From an uncultured Clostridia bacterium (GTDB lineage Bacteria > Bacillota > Clostridia > TANB77 > CAG-508), in assembly GCA_947628825.1 (NCBI GenBank), contig CANRBH010000001.1, positions 28,853 to 92,852 of the forward strand: 64,000 nt of DNA. The letters run 5' to 3'. The position numbers and the translations under genes were made by a program. Below are positions 19,666-30,394 of this stretch, piece after piece; the stretch's first letter is position 1, and the number at the start of each line of letters is the position of its first letter. A model generated the notes under the pieces. It was not told the DNA's origin and did no database searches. It saw only the letters and a program-made list of their open reading frames with translations.

Positions 19666-20424
19666 TTATATCCTATAATAACTATTTAAATAGTATATAA
19701 AATATGGAGAATCATCTTCTTCAATAAGTTTTTCTAATATTTCTTCTTTAGACCTAAAAAAGTTATATTTTAAAATCAGTTGTTGCTTTTTATTAAAGAA
19801 AGCTTGAACAAGAAAAAATTCTTTCATATTGATATTAAATAAGTTATTCTTTTTTAGATAATTACATACGAAAAATTTACAAGATATATTTTCAGTTGTG
19901 CATCTTTTATCTTTTCCAAGATATTTGCATACTTTAACATTATCAATGAACTTAAAAACATTTTTAGAATAATCAAAAGAATAGCAGCATCCATTTTCTT
20001 TATGAGCAGTTTTATGATTTTTTGAAGCAATGCAGATATTGCTACAGAATTTACATGGATTACTTCTTTTCCATAATAAATCTAAAGATTTAAAAATATT
20101 GTCGTACAGAAATAAATATTTTTCTTTGATATCATTTATAAAAAGTGCTTTAATAGCTGTTAATATGTCATCATTATAATTAGATAAAATATATTTTATT
20201 TTAAAACCCTTATACTCAGTTATAAAGTCAATATGTGATTTTTGAAAAGAAATTAATTTTTTAATATAAATTGTATTGTTTCTTACATCATTTAAAAAAT
20301 TGATTTTTAGTGCTGGATTTGTATCATTGTATTTTTTATCTAGATTAAAATCAATGCTTTCTATATTACATGAATCTAAATTAGAATTTTCAATTATATT
20401 TCCCGAAACATCTATATATAACAT
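19666..20424 (-). CDS. hypothetical cysteine-rich protein (possible metal-binding Cys cluster).
   Basis: CKFCSNIC...NGCC...CKYLGKDKRC...CKFFVC cluster. A weak resemblance to YkgJ/UPF0153-type Cys-cluster proteins is a guess. Confidence 0.4.
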   Translation of the reverse strand: MLYIDVSGNIIENSNLDSCNIESIDFNLDKKYNDTNPALKINFLNDVRNNTIYIKKLISFQKSHIDFITEYKGFKIKYILSNYNDDILTAIKALFINDIKEKYLFLYDNIFKSLDLLWKRSNPCKFCSNICIASKNHKTAHKENGCCYSFDYSKNVFKFIDNVKVCKYLGKDKRCTTENISCKFFVCNYLKKNNLFNINMKEFFLVQAFFNKKQQLILKYNFFRSKEEILEKLIEEDDSPYFIYYLNSYYRI

Positions 20425-20583
20425 TTATATCACCTTCTATCTAATTATATATATTATGCAGGAAAAAAGTCAATAAAAGAAAAAATGTTAATAATAATAT
20501 GTAATTTTGTGTCGAAAAAAGTAAAGCAGAATATAATATATTAAAGAGATAAAAAAATATATCTCTTTAAAGGAGCAATAACT

Positions 20584-20985
20584 ATGTTTAGAAAAGACTG
20601 TAATTGCATATTGATTTTAGCAATCGCAGCAGTATTAGGAATAATAGTTGGAGTAGTATCTTTTAATGTTGTAATTCCTGGAATAATAATAGCTATTAGT
20701 ATAACTTTAGCATTAGCTGCTTTAATTTTAGTGCTTTTAACCGCATTGATTGTAAAAATAAAAGATTATGACTGTTTATGTAATTATTCAAAATGCTTAG
20801 CATTAGGAATAGTAGGAACAATAATAACAGCAGTAATAGCTTTATCAGCAACTATAGTAACAGCCTCTGTTGCAATAGCTATATTATTAGGACTATTAAC
20901 AGCATTTGGTTTAACTACACTATTAAGCTTTATAGGATTGATTTTATGTATAATCAATAAAAACTGTTGTAGCTGTATGAACTAA
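20584..20985 (+). CDS. hypothetical small polytopic membrane protein with an internal duplication and Cys motifs.
   Basis: Two similar halves, each KD(x)CxC followed by long hydrophobic helices; C-terminal NKNCCSCMN; terminator (agaagcct...aggcttct) just downstream. Confidence 0.4.
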   Translation: MFRKDCNCILILAIAAVLGIIVGVVSFNVVIPGIIIAISITLALAALILVLLTALIVKIKDYDCLCNYSKCLALGIVGTIITAVIALSATIVTASVAIAILLGLLTAFGLTTLLSFIGLILCIINKNCCSCMN

Positions 20986-21093
20986 AAAAATTGCAATAAG
21001 AAGCCTATTAGTTTTAAACTAAAGGCTTCTTTGCAATTGGACTCCCAAATATAATAGTTGATACGAAATATAGAATTTCGGCAACAATTTATA

Positions 21094-21378
21094 TTAAATA
21101 TTTATTTTAGAATCTTTTGCTCTTTTTCTATAAAGAGTAATTTTTCTACCCATAACTTGTACTAAAGTACAGGCTGTTTTTTCAGCTAATTGATTTCCAA
21201 TTTCTAAAGCGCTATCTGGCGAGGTTTCCAGAACTGTAAGTTTAATAAGTTCACGGGCTTCTAATGCATCATCTACTTGCTTTATTAAATTTTCATTTAT
21301 CCCAGATTTACCAACTTGCAAAATTGGATCCATTGTATTAGCTAAACTTCTTAAATATGCTCTATCTTTACTATTCAT
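21094..21378 (-). CDS. yhbY: CRM-domain RNA-binding protein YhbY.
   Basis: LRSLANTMDPILQVGKSGINENLIKQVDDALEARELIKL matches the YhbY/CRS1 family. Confidence 0.8.
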   Translation of the reverse strand: MNSKDRAYLRSLANTMDPILQVGKSGINENLIKQVDDALEARELIKLTVLETSPDSALEIGNQLAEKTACTLVQVMGRKITLYRKRAKDSKINI

Positions 21379-21653
21379 TTTATTATTATATGATAAAATA
21401 TCATAATCTCCTTATTAAATTTAGATTTTAAGTTAATCTATAAACCTAACTAATTATACTACATTTTTGTAAAAAAGAAAAGAGCAAAATATTGTATAAT
21501 AAAATTAAATTCAAGATTCAAGATAAGTACGCAAAATTCACGGAATAGTCATTGACATTGAACTTAATTAAATATATACTTAAGCTAGACTTAATTAAAA
21601 AGAATTAAAATACATACTAACTAATATACTAAAATAAGAAAAGGAGGCAATAA

Positions 21654-22235
21654 ATGAAAGATTTAATTGAAATAAGATGGCACGGAAGAGGAGGACAAGG
21701 TGCCAAAACAGCATCTTTACTTCTTGCAGATGCAGCATTTAATACTGGTAAGTACATACAAGGATTTCCAGAGTATGGACCAGAAAGAATGGGAGCACCA
21801 ATAACAGCTTACAACAGAATAAGCACTATGCCTATTAGAGTACATAGCAACATCTATGAACCGGATTATGTAGTGGTAATAGATGACACGCTATTAACAG
21901 CAGTAGATGTTACATCGGGATTAAAAGAAGATGGAGCAATAGTTATTAACACAACTAAAACTATTGAAGAAATAGCCCCACTTCTAAATGACTATAAAGG
22001 AAGTGTTTATACAATTGATGCTAGAAAGGTATCAGAGGAAGCATTAGGAAAGTATTTTCCAAACACACCAATGCTTGCTGCAATAGTAAAAGTAACAGAA
22101 ATAATGCCAGAAGAAGACTTTTTAAGAGATATGGAAGGCTCATTTAAGCATAAATTTGCTAAAAAGCCAGAAGTTATTGAAGGAAATATGAAAGCTTTAA
22201 GTTTAGCATTAGAGCAAATTAAGAAAATTCAATAA
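21654..22235 (+). CDS. porG: 2-oxoacid:ferredoxin oxidoreductase gamma subunit.
   Basis: IEIRWHGRGGQGAKTASLLLADAA N-terminus typical of the POR/VOR gamma subunit. Confidence 0.8.
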   Translation: MKDLIEIRWHGRGGQGAKTASLLLADAAFNTGKYIQGFPEYGPERMGAPITAYNRISTMPIRVHSNIYEPDYVVVIDDTLLTAVDVTSGLKEDGAIVINTTKTIEEIAPLLNDYKGSVYTIDARKVSEEALGKYFPNTPMLAAIVKVTEIMPEEDFLRDMEGSFKHKFAKKPEVIEGNMKALSLALEQIKKIQ

Positions 22236-22289
22236 TTTTACCAAATAATAAAAATTAAAAATTAGCATAACGCTAAAAAGGAGGAAAAA

Positions 22290-22583
22290 ATGGATATTGA
22301 TAAAAACACACCATGGCAAGAAATGACTCCAGGAGGAACAATTTATGATGCAGGAAATGCTAGAGATTTTAAAACAGGAGACTGGAGAAGTGCTAAACCA
22401 GTATATCTTAGTGATAAATGCAAACAATGTGGATTATGCTTTCCAGTTTGCCCAGATGATGCAATACCAGTTGGAAAGGATTGTCTAAGAAAAGATTTTA
22501 ATTACGATTATTGCAAAGGATGTGGAGTATGTGCAAAAGTATGCCCATTTGGAGCTATCGTAATGGAAGAGGAGGAAAAATAG
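22290..22583 (+). CDS. porD: 2-oxoacid:ferredoxin oxidoreductase delta subunit (2x[4Fe-4S]).
   Basis: CKQCGLCFPVCP and CKGCGVCAKVCP motifs. Confidence 0.8.
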   Translation: MDIDKNTPWQEMTPGGTIYDAGNARDFKTGDWRSAKPVYLSDKCKQCGLCFPVCPDDAIPVGKDCLRKDFNYDYCKGCGVCAKVCPFGAIVMEEEEK

Positions 22584-22584
22584 T

Positions 22585-23763
22585 ATGAGTATTAGAGAAC
22601 GTCTAAGTGGAAATGAAGCAACAGCATATGCAATGAAACAAATAAACCCAGATGTAGTTGCAGCTTTTCCAATAACACCTTCAACAGAAGTTCCACAATA
22701 TTTTTCAAGCTATGTTGACAATGGCCAAGTAGATACAGAATTTGTTGCAGTTGAAAGTGAACATAGTGCTATGAGTGCTTGTATAGGAGCAGAAGCAGCA
22801 GGTGCAAGAGCAATGACAGCAACATCTGCAAATGGTTTAGAGTATATGTGGGAAATGATACAAATTGCATCAAGCTCAAGACTTCCAATTGTAATGGCAT
22901 TAGTTGATAGAGCAATCTCGGGCCCACTTAATATACATTGTGATCATTCAGATGCTATGGCTGTGAGAGATAGCGGTTGGGTAATGCTTTTCTCAGAAAC
23001 CAACCAAGAAGCTTATGATAATATGTTAATGGCTCATAGAATAGCAGAACATAAAGATGTAATGTTACCACTTATGGTTTGCCAAGATGGGTTTATTACA
23101 TCACATGCTATTGAAAATATAGAATTATTAGAAGATAACAAAGTTAAGGAATTTGTTGGAACATATAAACCAGAACATTACTTATTAAATAGAGAAGAAC
23201 CAATAGCAGTTGGACCAATGGATTTACAACCATATTTAACAGAGCATAAGAGACAACAAACAGAAGCTATGAACAATGCTAAAAGAGTTATAGCAGAAGT
23301 AGCTCAAGATTTTGAAAAAATGACAGGAAGAAAATATGATTTCTTTGAAGGATATCATTTAGAAGATGCTGAATATGTAGTAATTTGTATGAACTCTACT
23401 GCAGGAACAGTTAAAAATGTAGTTGATTCATTAAGAGCAAATGGTGTAAAAGCTGGCTTATTAAAAGTAAGAGTATTTAGACCATTCCCAGGAGAACTAA
23501 TTGCAAAAGCTTTAGAGGGTAAAAAATCAGTTGCGGTATTAGATAGAGTTCCTTTACTTAATGCAACAGGAGGACCTTTATATGAAGATGTTACATCTGC
23601 AATGTTTGTTGAAGGAATTCATGTACCAACAGTAAATTACTCTTACGGTGTTGGTGGAAGAGATGTAACAGAAGAACAAATAAATCAAGTATATGAAGAT
23701 TTACAAAATCTAAATGATATGAGCAATCCATATAGATTCTTAGGATTAAAAGAAAGGAGATAA
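22585..23763 (+). CDS. porA: 2-oxoacid:ferredoxin oxidoreductase alpha subunit.
   Basis: Size and sequence typical of the alpha subunit; 1-nt gap from the delta subunit. Confidence 0.8.
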   Translation: MSIRERLSGNEATAYAMKQINPDVVAAFPITPSTEVPQYFSSYVDNGQVDTEFVAVESEHSAMSACIGAEAAGARAMTATSANGLEYMWEMIQIASSSRLPIVMALVDRAISGPLNIHCDHSDAMAVRDSGWVMLFSETNQEAYDNMLMAHRIAEHKDVMLPLMVCQDGFITSHAIENIELLEDNKVKEFVGTYKPEHYLLNREEPIAVGPMDLQPYLTEHKRQQTEAMNNAKRVIAEVAQDFEKMTGRKYDFFEGYHLEDAEYVVICMNSTAGTVKNVVDSLRANGVKAGLLKVRVFRPFPGELIAKALEGKKSVAVLDRVPLLNATGGPLYEDVTSAMFVEGIHVPTVNYSYGVGGRDVTEEQINQVYEDLQNLNDMSNPYRFLGLKERR

Positions 23764-23766
23764 AAT

Positions 23767-24726
23767 ATGTATAATGTAAAAGAAGTAGTTGCTAATAAAC
23801 CATCAAGATTTACATCAGGACATAGAATGTGCGCAGGATGCGGAGCACCAGCAGTAGCAAGAATGATTTTACGTGCAGTTGATGAAAAAGACCACGTTGT
23901 TGTATCAAATGCAACAGGATGTATGGAAGTTTCAACATGTATTTATCCATATACAGCTTGGACAGATTCATATATTCATACAGCTTTTGAATCAGCATCA
24001 GCAGCAGAATCTGGAGCAGAAGCAGCATATAAATCATTAAAAAAACAAGGAAAATTACCAGAAGACCAAAATACTAAATTTATAGTATTTGGTGGAGATG
24101 GTGGAACATATGATATAGGAATTCAAAGTCTTTCAGGAGCAATGGAAAGAGGTCATGATATGACTTATGTTTGTTATGATAATGGAGCATATATGAACAC
24201 AGGAATCCAACGTTCATCAGCAACTCCAAGATTTGCAGACACAACAACATCTCCTGCAGGAAGTGTAATTCCAGGAAAAATGCAACCAAGAAAAGATTTA
24301 ACAGAAATAATGGTAGCACATCATTTACCATATGTTGCTCAAACTGCAGCAGTTGCAAACTTTAAGGACTTATATGAGAAGGCAGAAAAAGCTATAAACA
24401 CTAAAGGAGGCAAGTTCTTAAATGTATTAGCACCATGTCCAAGAGGATGGGGTTATGCAACAGAAGATTTAATGAAGATAAATAAATTAGCAGTTGATAC
24501 ATGTTGGTGGCCATTATATGAAGTAGAAAATGGAGTATATCATATAACATATAAACCAGCTAATAAATTACCAGTAGAAGAATTCTTAAAAACTCAAAAA
24601 CGTTTCAAACATCTATTTAAACCAGGAAATGAATGGATGATAGAAGAATTACAAAAAGAAGTAGATTTAAGATGGAACGAATTATTAGCAAAAGAAGAAA
24701 TGACAAATAAACAAGTTTCTGAATAA
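23767..24726 (+). CDS. porB: 2-oxoacid:ferredoxin oxidoreductase beta subunit (TPP-binding).
   Basis: N-terminal Cys cluster (CAGCG...TGC), GDGG TPP motif. Substrate specificity (pyruvate vs branched 2-oxoacid) is not determinable from sequence alone. Confidence 0.8.
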   Translation: MYNVKEVVANKPSRFTSGHRMCAGCGAPAVARMILRAVDEKDHVVVSNATGCMEVSTCIYPYTAWTDSYIHTAFESASAAESGAEAAYKSLKKQGKLPEDQNTKFIVFGGDGGTYDIGIQSLSGAMERGHDMTYVCYDNGAYMNTGIQRSSATPRFADTTTSPAGSVIPGKMQPRKDLTEIMVAHHLPYVAQTAAVANFKDLYEKAEKAINTKGGKFLNVLAPCPRGWGYATEDLMKINKLAVDTCWWPLYEVENGVYHITYKPANKLPVEEFLKTQKRFKHLFKPGNEWMIEELQKEVDLRWNELLAKEEMTNKQVSE

Positions 24727-24951
24727 GTTAGAATAATAGAAAAAGTTATAATTAAAGTTAATATTTATAAAAAATATAGTTATTTTTATAAACAACAGCT
24801 TTTTAATTATAACTTTTTTACTATGTTATACTAATTATCTTATAAAAATTGAACAGGACAAAATTTAATAAAACATGGGTATAACAAAATAAGAAAAAAC
24901 TTGGATTTAGTTTTATGCACGAATAAACAAGAAATATAAAGGGAGAAAATA

Positions 24952-25443
24952 ATGGAAATTGAAAGAAAATTTAAAGTAAAAGAGCTGCCAAAAAATATTG
25001 AAAATTATGAGAAAAAGGAAATTGAACAAGGGTACTTATGCATTAAACCAACAGTAAGAATAAGAAGAAATAATGATGAATATACGTTAAATTATAAATG
25101 GAAAAAACAAAATATAGTAGAACAAAAAGCAATTCAAAATATTGAATATGAAATGCCACTAACTAAAGAAAATTACGAACACTTATTAGAAAAAGTTGAT
25201 AACCATATGATAATAAAGACTAGATATAAAGTTCCACTAGATAATGGATTAACAGCAGAAGTTGATGTGTTTCATGGAAATTTAGAAGGATTATTTTTTG
25301 CAGAGGTTGAATTTCCAAATGTAGAAGCTTCAGAAAATTTTATTGGGCCAAGTTGGATGGGAGAAGATATATCATTTGATAAAAGATATGATAATACACT
25401 TTTATCAAAAATTGATAAGTTTGATAAAAAGTATTTTGAATAG
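24952..25443 (+). CDS. CYTH-domain protein (CyaB/thiamine-triphosphatase-like triphosphate tunnel).
   Basis: N-terminal EIERKF (ExExK) signature; 163 aa. Confidence 0.7.
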   Translation: MEIERKFKVKELPKNIENYEKKEIEQGYLCIKPTVRIRRNNDEYTLNYKWKKQNIVEQKAIQNIEYEMPLTKENYEHLLEKVDNHMIIKTRYKVPLDNGLTAEVDVFHGNLEGLFFAEVEFPNVEASENFIGPSWMGEDISFDKRYDNTLLSKIDKFDKKYFE

Positions 25444-25511
25444 AATAATTTTACAAAAAATTCATCGAAAAAATACTTGCAAAAGTCATCAAAATATAAT
25501 ATAATTTATAC

Positions 25512-28500
25512 TTGAATTTTAAAGAAAATCTTTTGCGTATGGAGGGACTTAAAACTGTGGTAATTAAAGCAAGTATTTTAGATGAACTAAAGAATTCTGC
25601 TAACACAGAAGACATAGAAAAATCAAAAAATTTATTAAATAAACAAACTATCACAATTACAAAAGTAACATACACAAACGAAAGCAACTTTTCAGTACAT
25701 GCTGATATTAAAGGAAAGCATGGCTTTTATAATACTTATTTAAGTGTTAAAGATGGAGAGATAGATGATTTAAGGTGTACATGTCCAGATTATGAATCAA
25801 CTTATGGAACGTGTAGACATATTTTGGCGACTGCTATGGAATTTGATAGCAATAGCGCTTATGCTAAGTTATTTGCAGGAGAAGAAAAGAATTTATCTAA
25901 TGCTAGAAACAAAAAAGTTAATAGTGAAAAATATAGAATATATAGACAAATGATTAGTTCTTTTTATGAAGAAGAACAAGTCAAGGAAAGAACAGAAAAG
26001 TATGTAGGCGAAAAAGTAAAATTAGAGCCTGTTATAATATATAAACAAAACACAAATGAAGTTAGACTAGAATTTAAAATTGGAAATAAGCAGATGTATA
26101 GAATAAAAAATCTGCCTGAATTTTATGACCAAATGCAGGGAAAACTTAAACACAAATATGGTTTAAAGCTTGAGTTTGTTCATTGTAGAGAAGCCTTTGA
26201 AAAAGAAAGTTTACCATTATTAGACTTTTTGATGAAATATGCAGAAATTATTAAATACACAAATAATAGCAGTGATAAGTTTTATTTAAATGCATTAAAT
26301 AAGTCTTATGTAGTTCTTTCAAATACTGGAATTGATGAGTTATTTGATACAATGAAGGACAAAGAGGTCGAAGTTGAAACAGAATATAGCACAGAAAAAG
26401 TAAAATTTGTTGATAATGAACCAGAGATAAACTTTAAAATTATAAATAAAGATAATGAAGATTATGCTATTACAACTAACGAAGATATATTCGCATTTTC
26501 AACTATAAAAGGAAAAAACTATATATACTTTTTAAGAGAAAATAAATTGCATAGATGTTCATTTGAATTTGAGAAAACCATATTAAAATTATTAAATATT
26601 TTTAGAGTAAATTTTACTAAAGAAATTTTATTTAGAAAAGAAGAATATGCAGACTTTTACTCTTTGGTATTACCACAAATAAAAAATAGAGTAAATACAG
26701 ATGAAGTAAATCAAGATGAGCTTGAAAAATATAAACCAAAAGAACTTAAAGTAAAGGTTTATTTAGATTATACTTCAAGTGGTTTTATTACAGCAGATGT
26801 TAAGTTTGAATATGATGATATAGAATTTAGCCCATTTGATGAGGTTGATTCAAATGTACCAAGAAATGCAATAGCAGAATCTAAAGCTTTGGACAAGTTC
26901 AAAAATTCTGGCTTTATGTTAGACGGTAATAAAAAACTTGTACTTGTAAATGAAGATTATATTTATGAATTTCTAAGTGATGGAATAGGAAGCTACATTA
27001 ATGAGTTTGATGTGCTTGCAACAGAAGAATTTAGAAAAAGGCAAGTAAGATCTCCTAAAATTAAGTCAATAGGAGTAAAAATAGAAAACAACTTGTTAAG
27101 TGTTGATTTATCAGGTATTGATTTAAGTCCTTCAGAGATTGAAGACATAATGAAAAGATATAAGCTTAAAAAGAAATTCTACAAATTAAAAAATGGTGAT
27201 TATCTAGACTTAACAGAAAATGATACTTTAGAAATGATAGACAAAATTGCTGAGGGAACAGGTGCAAGTTATAAAGAGCTTATAAGTGGAGATTTAAAAC
27301 TACCGGTCTACAGAAGTTTGTACTTAGATAGCATACTGAAAAAGCACGACTTAGTTGTAAAACAAGGAGATAATTATAAGAAGTTAATTGATAATGTTTA
27401 TACAAGACATATATCAGAAGGATTTAATCTTCCAAAAGACTTAAAAGCAGACTTAAGAGAATATCAACAAGTTGGCTATGAATGGCTTAACAATCTAGAT
27501 GAATATAATCTAGGAGGAATATTAGCAGATGATATGGGTCTTGGAAAGACAGTACAAGTTTTAGCAATAATATTAAAATATGTTGAAAGTACTGACAAAA
27601 AAGATAGAAGACCAACATTAGTTGTTTGTCCAAGTTCATTATCTCTTAACTGGAAGGAAGAAGCTAATAAATTTACACCTACGTTAAAGACAAAGGTTAT
27701 ATCAGGAAATTTAGAAGAAAGAACAAAAGCAATTAAAGAGATTGAAAAATATGATATGGTTATGACATCTTATGATTTGCTAAAAAGAGATATAGAAATA
27801 TATAAAGAATGTAATTATAATTTTAGATTTATAATTGCAGATGAAGCACAATACATTAAAAATAATAATACTAAAAATGCAAGAGCAATAAAAGAGATTA
27901 AAGCAGATACAAGATTTGCTTTAACAGGAACTCCTATTGAAAATGCATTATCAGAATTATGGTCAATATTTGACTTTATAATGCCAGGATACTTATTTAG
28001 TTATAATAAATTTAAGACTTTATATGAAACACCAATAGCCAAAGAGCAAGATTTAAGAGCAATGTCAAAGTTAAAGGCAATGATAGAACCATTTATATTA
28101 AGAAGAGTAAAAGAAAAAGTTTTAAAAGAGTTGCCTGAAAAAACAATTACTGTACTTAATAATGAGATGGATGAAGAACAAAGAGATATTTATGTATCAT
28201 ATATGAAATCAGCTAGAAAAGAGGCAAAAGAAGAAATTGAAGTAAATGGTATACAAAATAGCCAGATAAAAATATTAGCATTACTTATGAGATTAAGACA
28301 GATTTGTTGTCATCCAGGATTATTTATAGATAACTATGAGGGAGAAAGTAGTAAGTTAAATCAATGTATGGAAATAGTAAAAGATGCAGTAGCAGGAGGA
28401 CACAAGATACTACTATTTTCAGGCTATTCTTCAATGTTCTGGTATTTAGAAAATAAATTAAAAGAAAATAATATTAGATATCTAAAATTAACAGGGCAAA

Positions 28501-28859
28501 CAAAAGTTGATGAAAGAATGAATTTAGTTAATGAATTTAACAACAATGATGATGTAAAAGTATTTTTAATATCATTAAAAGCTGGAGGAACAGGACTAAA
28601 TTTAGTTGGAGCAGATATGGTAATTCACTATGACCCATGGTGGAATTTATCTGCTGAAAACCAGGCAACTGATAGAACCTATAGAATAGGTCAAAAAAGA
28701 AATGTACAAGTATATAAGTTAATTACTAAAAATACTATTGAAGAAAAAATATATAATTTACAAGAAAGAAAAGCGAAACTTGCAGATGATATGCTTTCTA
28801 CTAAAGAAACATTTATAAGCAAGCTATCAAAAGATGAAATTATGGACTTGTTTGAATAA
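25512..28859 (+). CDS. SNF2-family helicase with an N-terminal SWIM zinc finger; start ambiguous (TTG 25512, ATG 25539 or GTG 25557).
   Basis: SWIM CxCx(n)CxH (CTCPDYESTYGTCRHILA); DEAH-type helicase motifs (LADDMGLGKT, DEAQYIKN) and a C-terminal helicase domain (QATDRTYRIGQKRNVQVYKL). GGAGGG sits at ~25541, 11 nt before the in-frame GTG. Confidence 0.8.
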   Translation: MNFKENLLRMEGLKTVVIKASILDELKNSANTEDIEKSKNLLNKQTITITKVTYTNESNFSVHADIKGKHGFYNTYLSVKDGEIDDLRCTCPDYESTYGTCRHILATAMEFDSNSAYAKLFAGEEKNLSNARNKKVNSEKYRIYRQMISSFYEEEQVKERTEKYVGEKVKLEPVIIYKQNTNEVRLEFKIGNKQMYRIKNLPEFYDQMQGKLKHKYGLKLEFVHCREAFEKESLPLLDFLMKYAEIIKYTNNSSDKFYLNALNKSYVVLSNTGIDELFDTMKDKEVEVETEYSTEKVKFVDNEPEINFKIINKDNEDYAITTNEDIFAFSTIKGKNYIYFLRENKLHRCSFEFEKTILKLLNIFRVNFTKEILFRKEEYADFYSLVLPQIKNRVNTDEVNQDELEKYKPKELKVKVYLDYTSSGFITADVKFEYDDIEFSPFDEVDSNVPRNAIAESKALDKFKNSGFMLDGNKKLVLVNEDYIYEFLSDGIGSYINEFDVLATEEFRKRQVRSPKIKSIGVKIENNLLSVDLSGIDLSPSEIEDIMKRYKLKKKFYKLKNGDYLDLTENDTLEMIDKIAEGTGASYKELISGDLKLPVYRSLYLDSILKKHDLVVKQGDNYKKLIDNVYTRHISEGFNLPKDLKADLREYQQVGYEWLNNLDEYNLGGILADDMGLGKTVQVLAIILKYVESTDKKDRRPTLVVCPSSLSLNWKEEANKFTPTLKTKVISGNLEERTKAIKEIEKYDMVMTSYDLLKRDIEIYKECNYNFRFIIADEAQYIKNNNTKNARAIKEIKADTRFALTGTPIENALSELWSIFDFIMPGYLFSYNKFKTLYETPIAKEQDLRAMSKLKAMIEPFILRRVKEKVLKELPEKTITVLNNEMDEEQRDIYVSYMKSARKEAKEEIEVNGIQNSQIKILALLMRLRQICCHPGLFIDNYEGESSKLNQCMEIVKDAVAGGHKILLFSGYSSMFWYLENKLKENNIRYLKLTGQTKVDERMNLVNEFNNNDDVKVFLISLKAGGTGLNLVGADMVIHYDPWWNLSAENQATDRTYRIGQKRNVQVYKLITKNTIEEKIYNLQERKAKLADDMLSTKETFISKLSKDEIMDLFE

Positions 28860-28938
28860 ATAAATGAAAATAATAGTGAGTTTACTTGCTATTATTTTTA
28901 TTTTTGCAGTATAATATAAATTGTTAGAAAGGAAGCTT

Positions 28939-30394
28939 ATGAAAGACTATATAACAATAATAGGTGGAGGATTAGCCCGGATGCGAAGCAGCATATCAAA
29001 TTGCAAAAAAAGGGATAAAGGTAAAATTATATGAAATGAAACCCAATACATATTCTCCAGCCCATTCTAATCAAGATTTAGCAGAGATAGTTTGCAGTAA
29101 TTCTTTTAAGTCTAAATTGCATACCAATGCTTGTGGACTTCTTAAAGAAGAATTGAAAATATTGAATTCATTACTCATAAGAATAGCAGAAGAAGTATCA
29201 GTTCCAGCTGGACAAGCCTTAGCTGTTGATAGAGAAAAATTTTCAAAAAGAGTTACTGATGAACTTGAAAAGAATTCATTAATAGAGATAATTAGAAAAG
29301 AAATAAAAAGTAAATGCTGTGACTTTAATAATGAAGATAACTTGGATGCTGAAGCATCACAAAATAAAGATGCTATTATTATGAAAAAATCAAATCTAAA
29401 AGATGATATATTTTTAGAAGATTTAATAAGAGACGGCATTGTAATTATAGCAACAGGACCTCTTACAACAGATAATTTATCTAAAGGAATTATGAACTTA
29501 ATTGGAGAAAAATCACTATATTTTTATGATGCAGCAGCACCTATAGTAGAGAAAAATTCAATAAATTTTGACATAGCTTTTTATGGTGATAGATATGAAC
29601 AAGAAAGAAAAAAAGATGAAGATGTAGAAAGCTGGAAGGAAAGAATAAAATCTATACCAAATGGAAGTTATATTAACTTACCAATGAATAAAGAAGAATA
29701 TAATGAATTTGTAAATGAACTCATAAATGCAGAAGTAGTAACTTTACATGAATTTGAAAGAAGTGAGATTTTTGAAGGTTGCATGCCAGTAGAAATTATG
29801 GCAAAAAGAGGATTAGATACATTAAGGTTTGGACCACTTAAACCTGTTGGTTTTACAGACCCAAGAACAGGAAAAAGACCTTATGCTGTAGTACAATTAA
29901 GACAAGATGACAAGGAAGGAAAAGTATATAACATAGTAGGATTTCAGACAAATTTAAAATTTGGTGAACAAAAAAGAGTATTTAGTAAAATACCGGGATT
30001 AGAAAATGCAGAATTTGTAAAATACGGAGTAATGCATAGAAATACATATATAAATTCTAGCTTAATTTTAGACGAAACCTATAATTTAAAAGAAATGAAT
30101 AATATTTATTTTGCCGGTCAGATAACTGGTGTGGAAGGATATGTTGAGTCTATATCTTCTGGCTTAGTATCAGCAATAAATGCAGTACAAAAATTTAAAG
30201 GACTAGAAAAAATAGTGTTTAATGAAAAAACAATGATAGGGGCTCTTTGCAAATACATATCTACAGCAAAAGAAAATTTTCAGCCAATGAATGCAAACTA
30301 TGGTATATTACCAAAATTAGAAGACACAATAAAAGATAAGAAATTAAGATATTCTATGCTATCTGATAGAGCATTAGAATATCTAAAATCATAG
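28939..30394 (+). pseudogene. trmFO: trmFO (folate-dependent tRNA U54 methyltransferase) with an N-terminal +1 frameshift.
   Basis: The ATG at 28939 has an AAAGGAAG RBS and encodes MKDYITIIGGGLA. An extra C in the CCC run at 28976-78 then shifts frame. The reading resumes as GCEAAYQIAKKGIKVKLYEMKPNTYSPAHS...IVCSNS, which is the table ORF 29036..30394. The rest is full length and well conserved. Confidence 0.7.

Noticed and set aside
21379-21653. Possible regulatory or ncRNA content of the 275-nt yhbY/porG divergent spacer.
   Set aside because: It is AT-rich with ordinary promoter-like hexamers (TTGACA near 21554) and no conserved structure that I can see.
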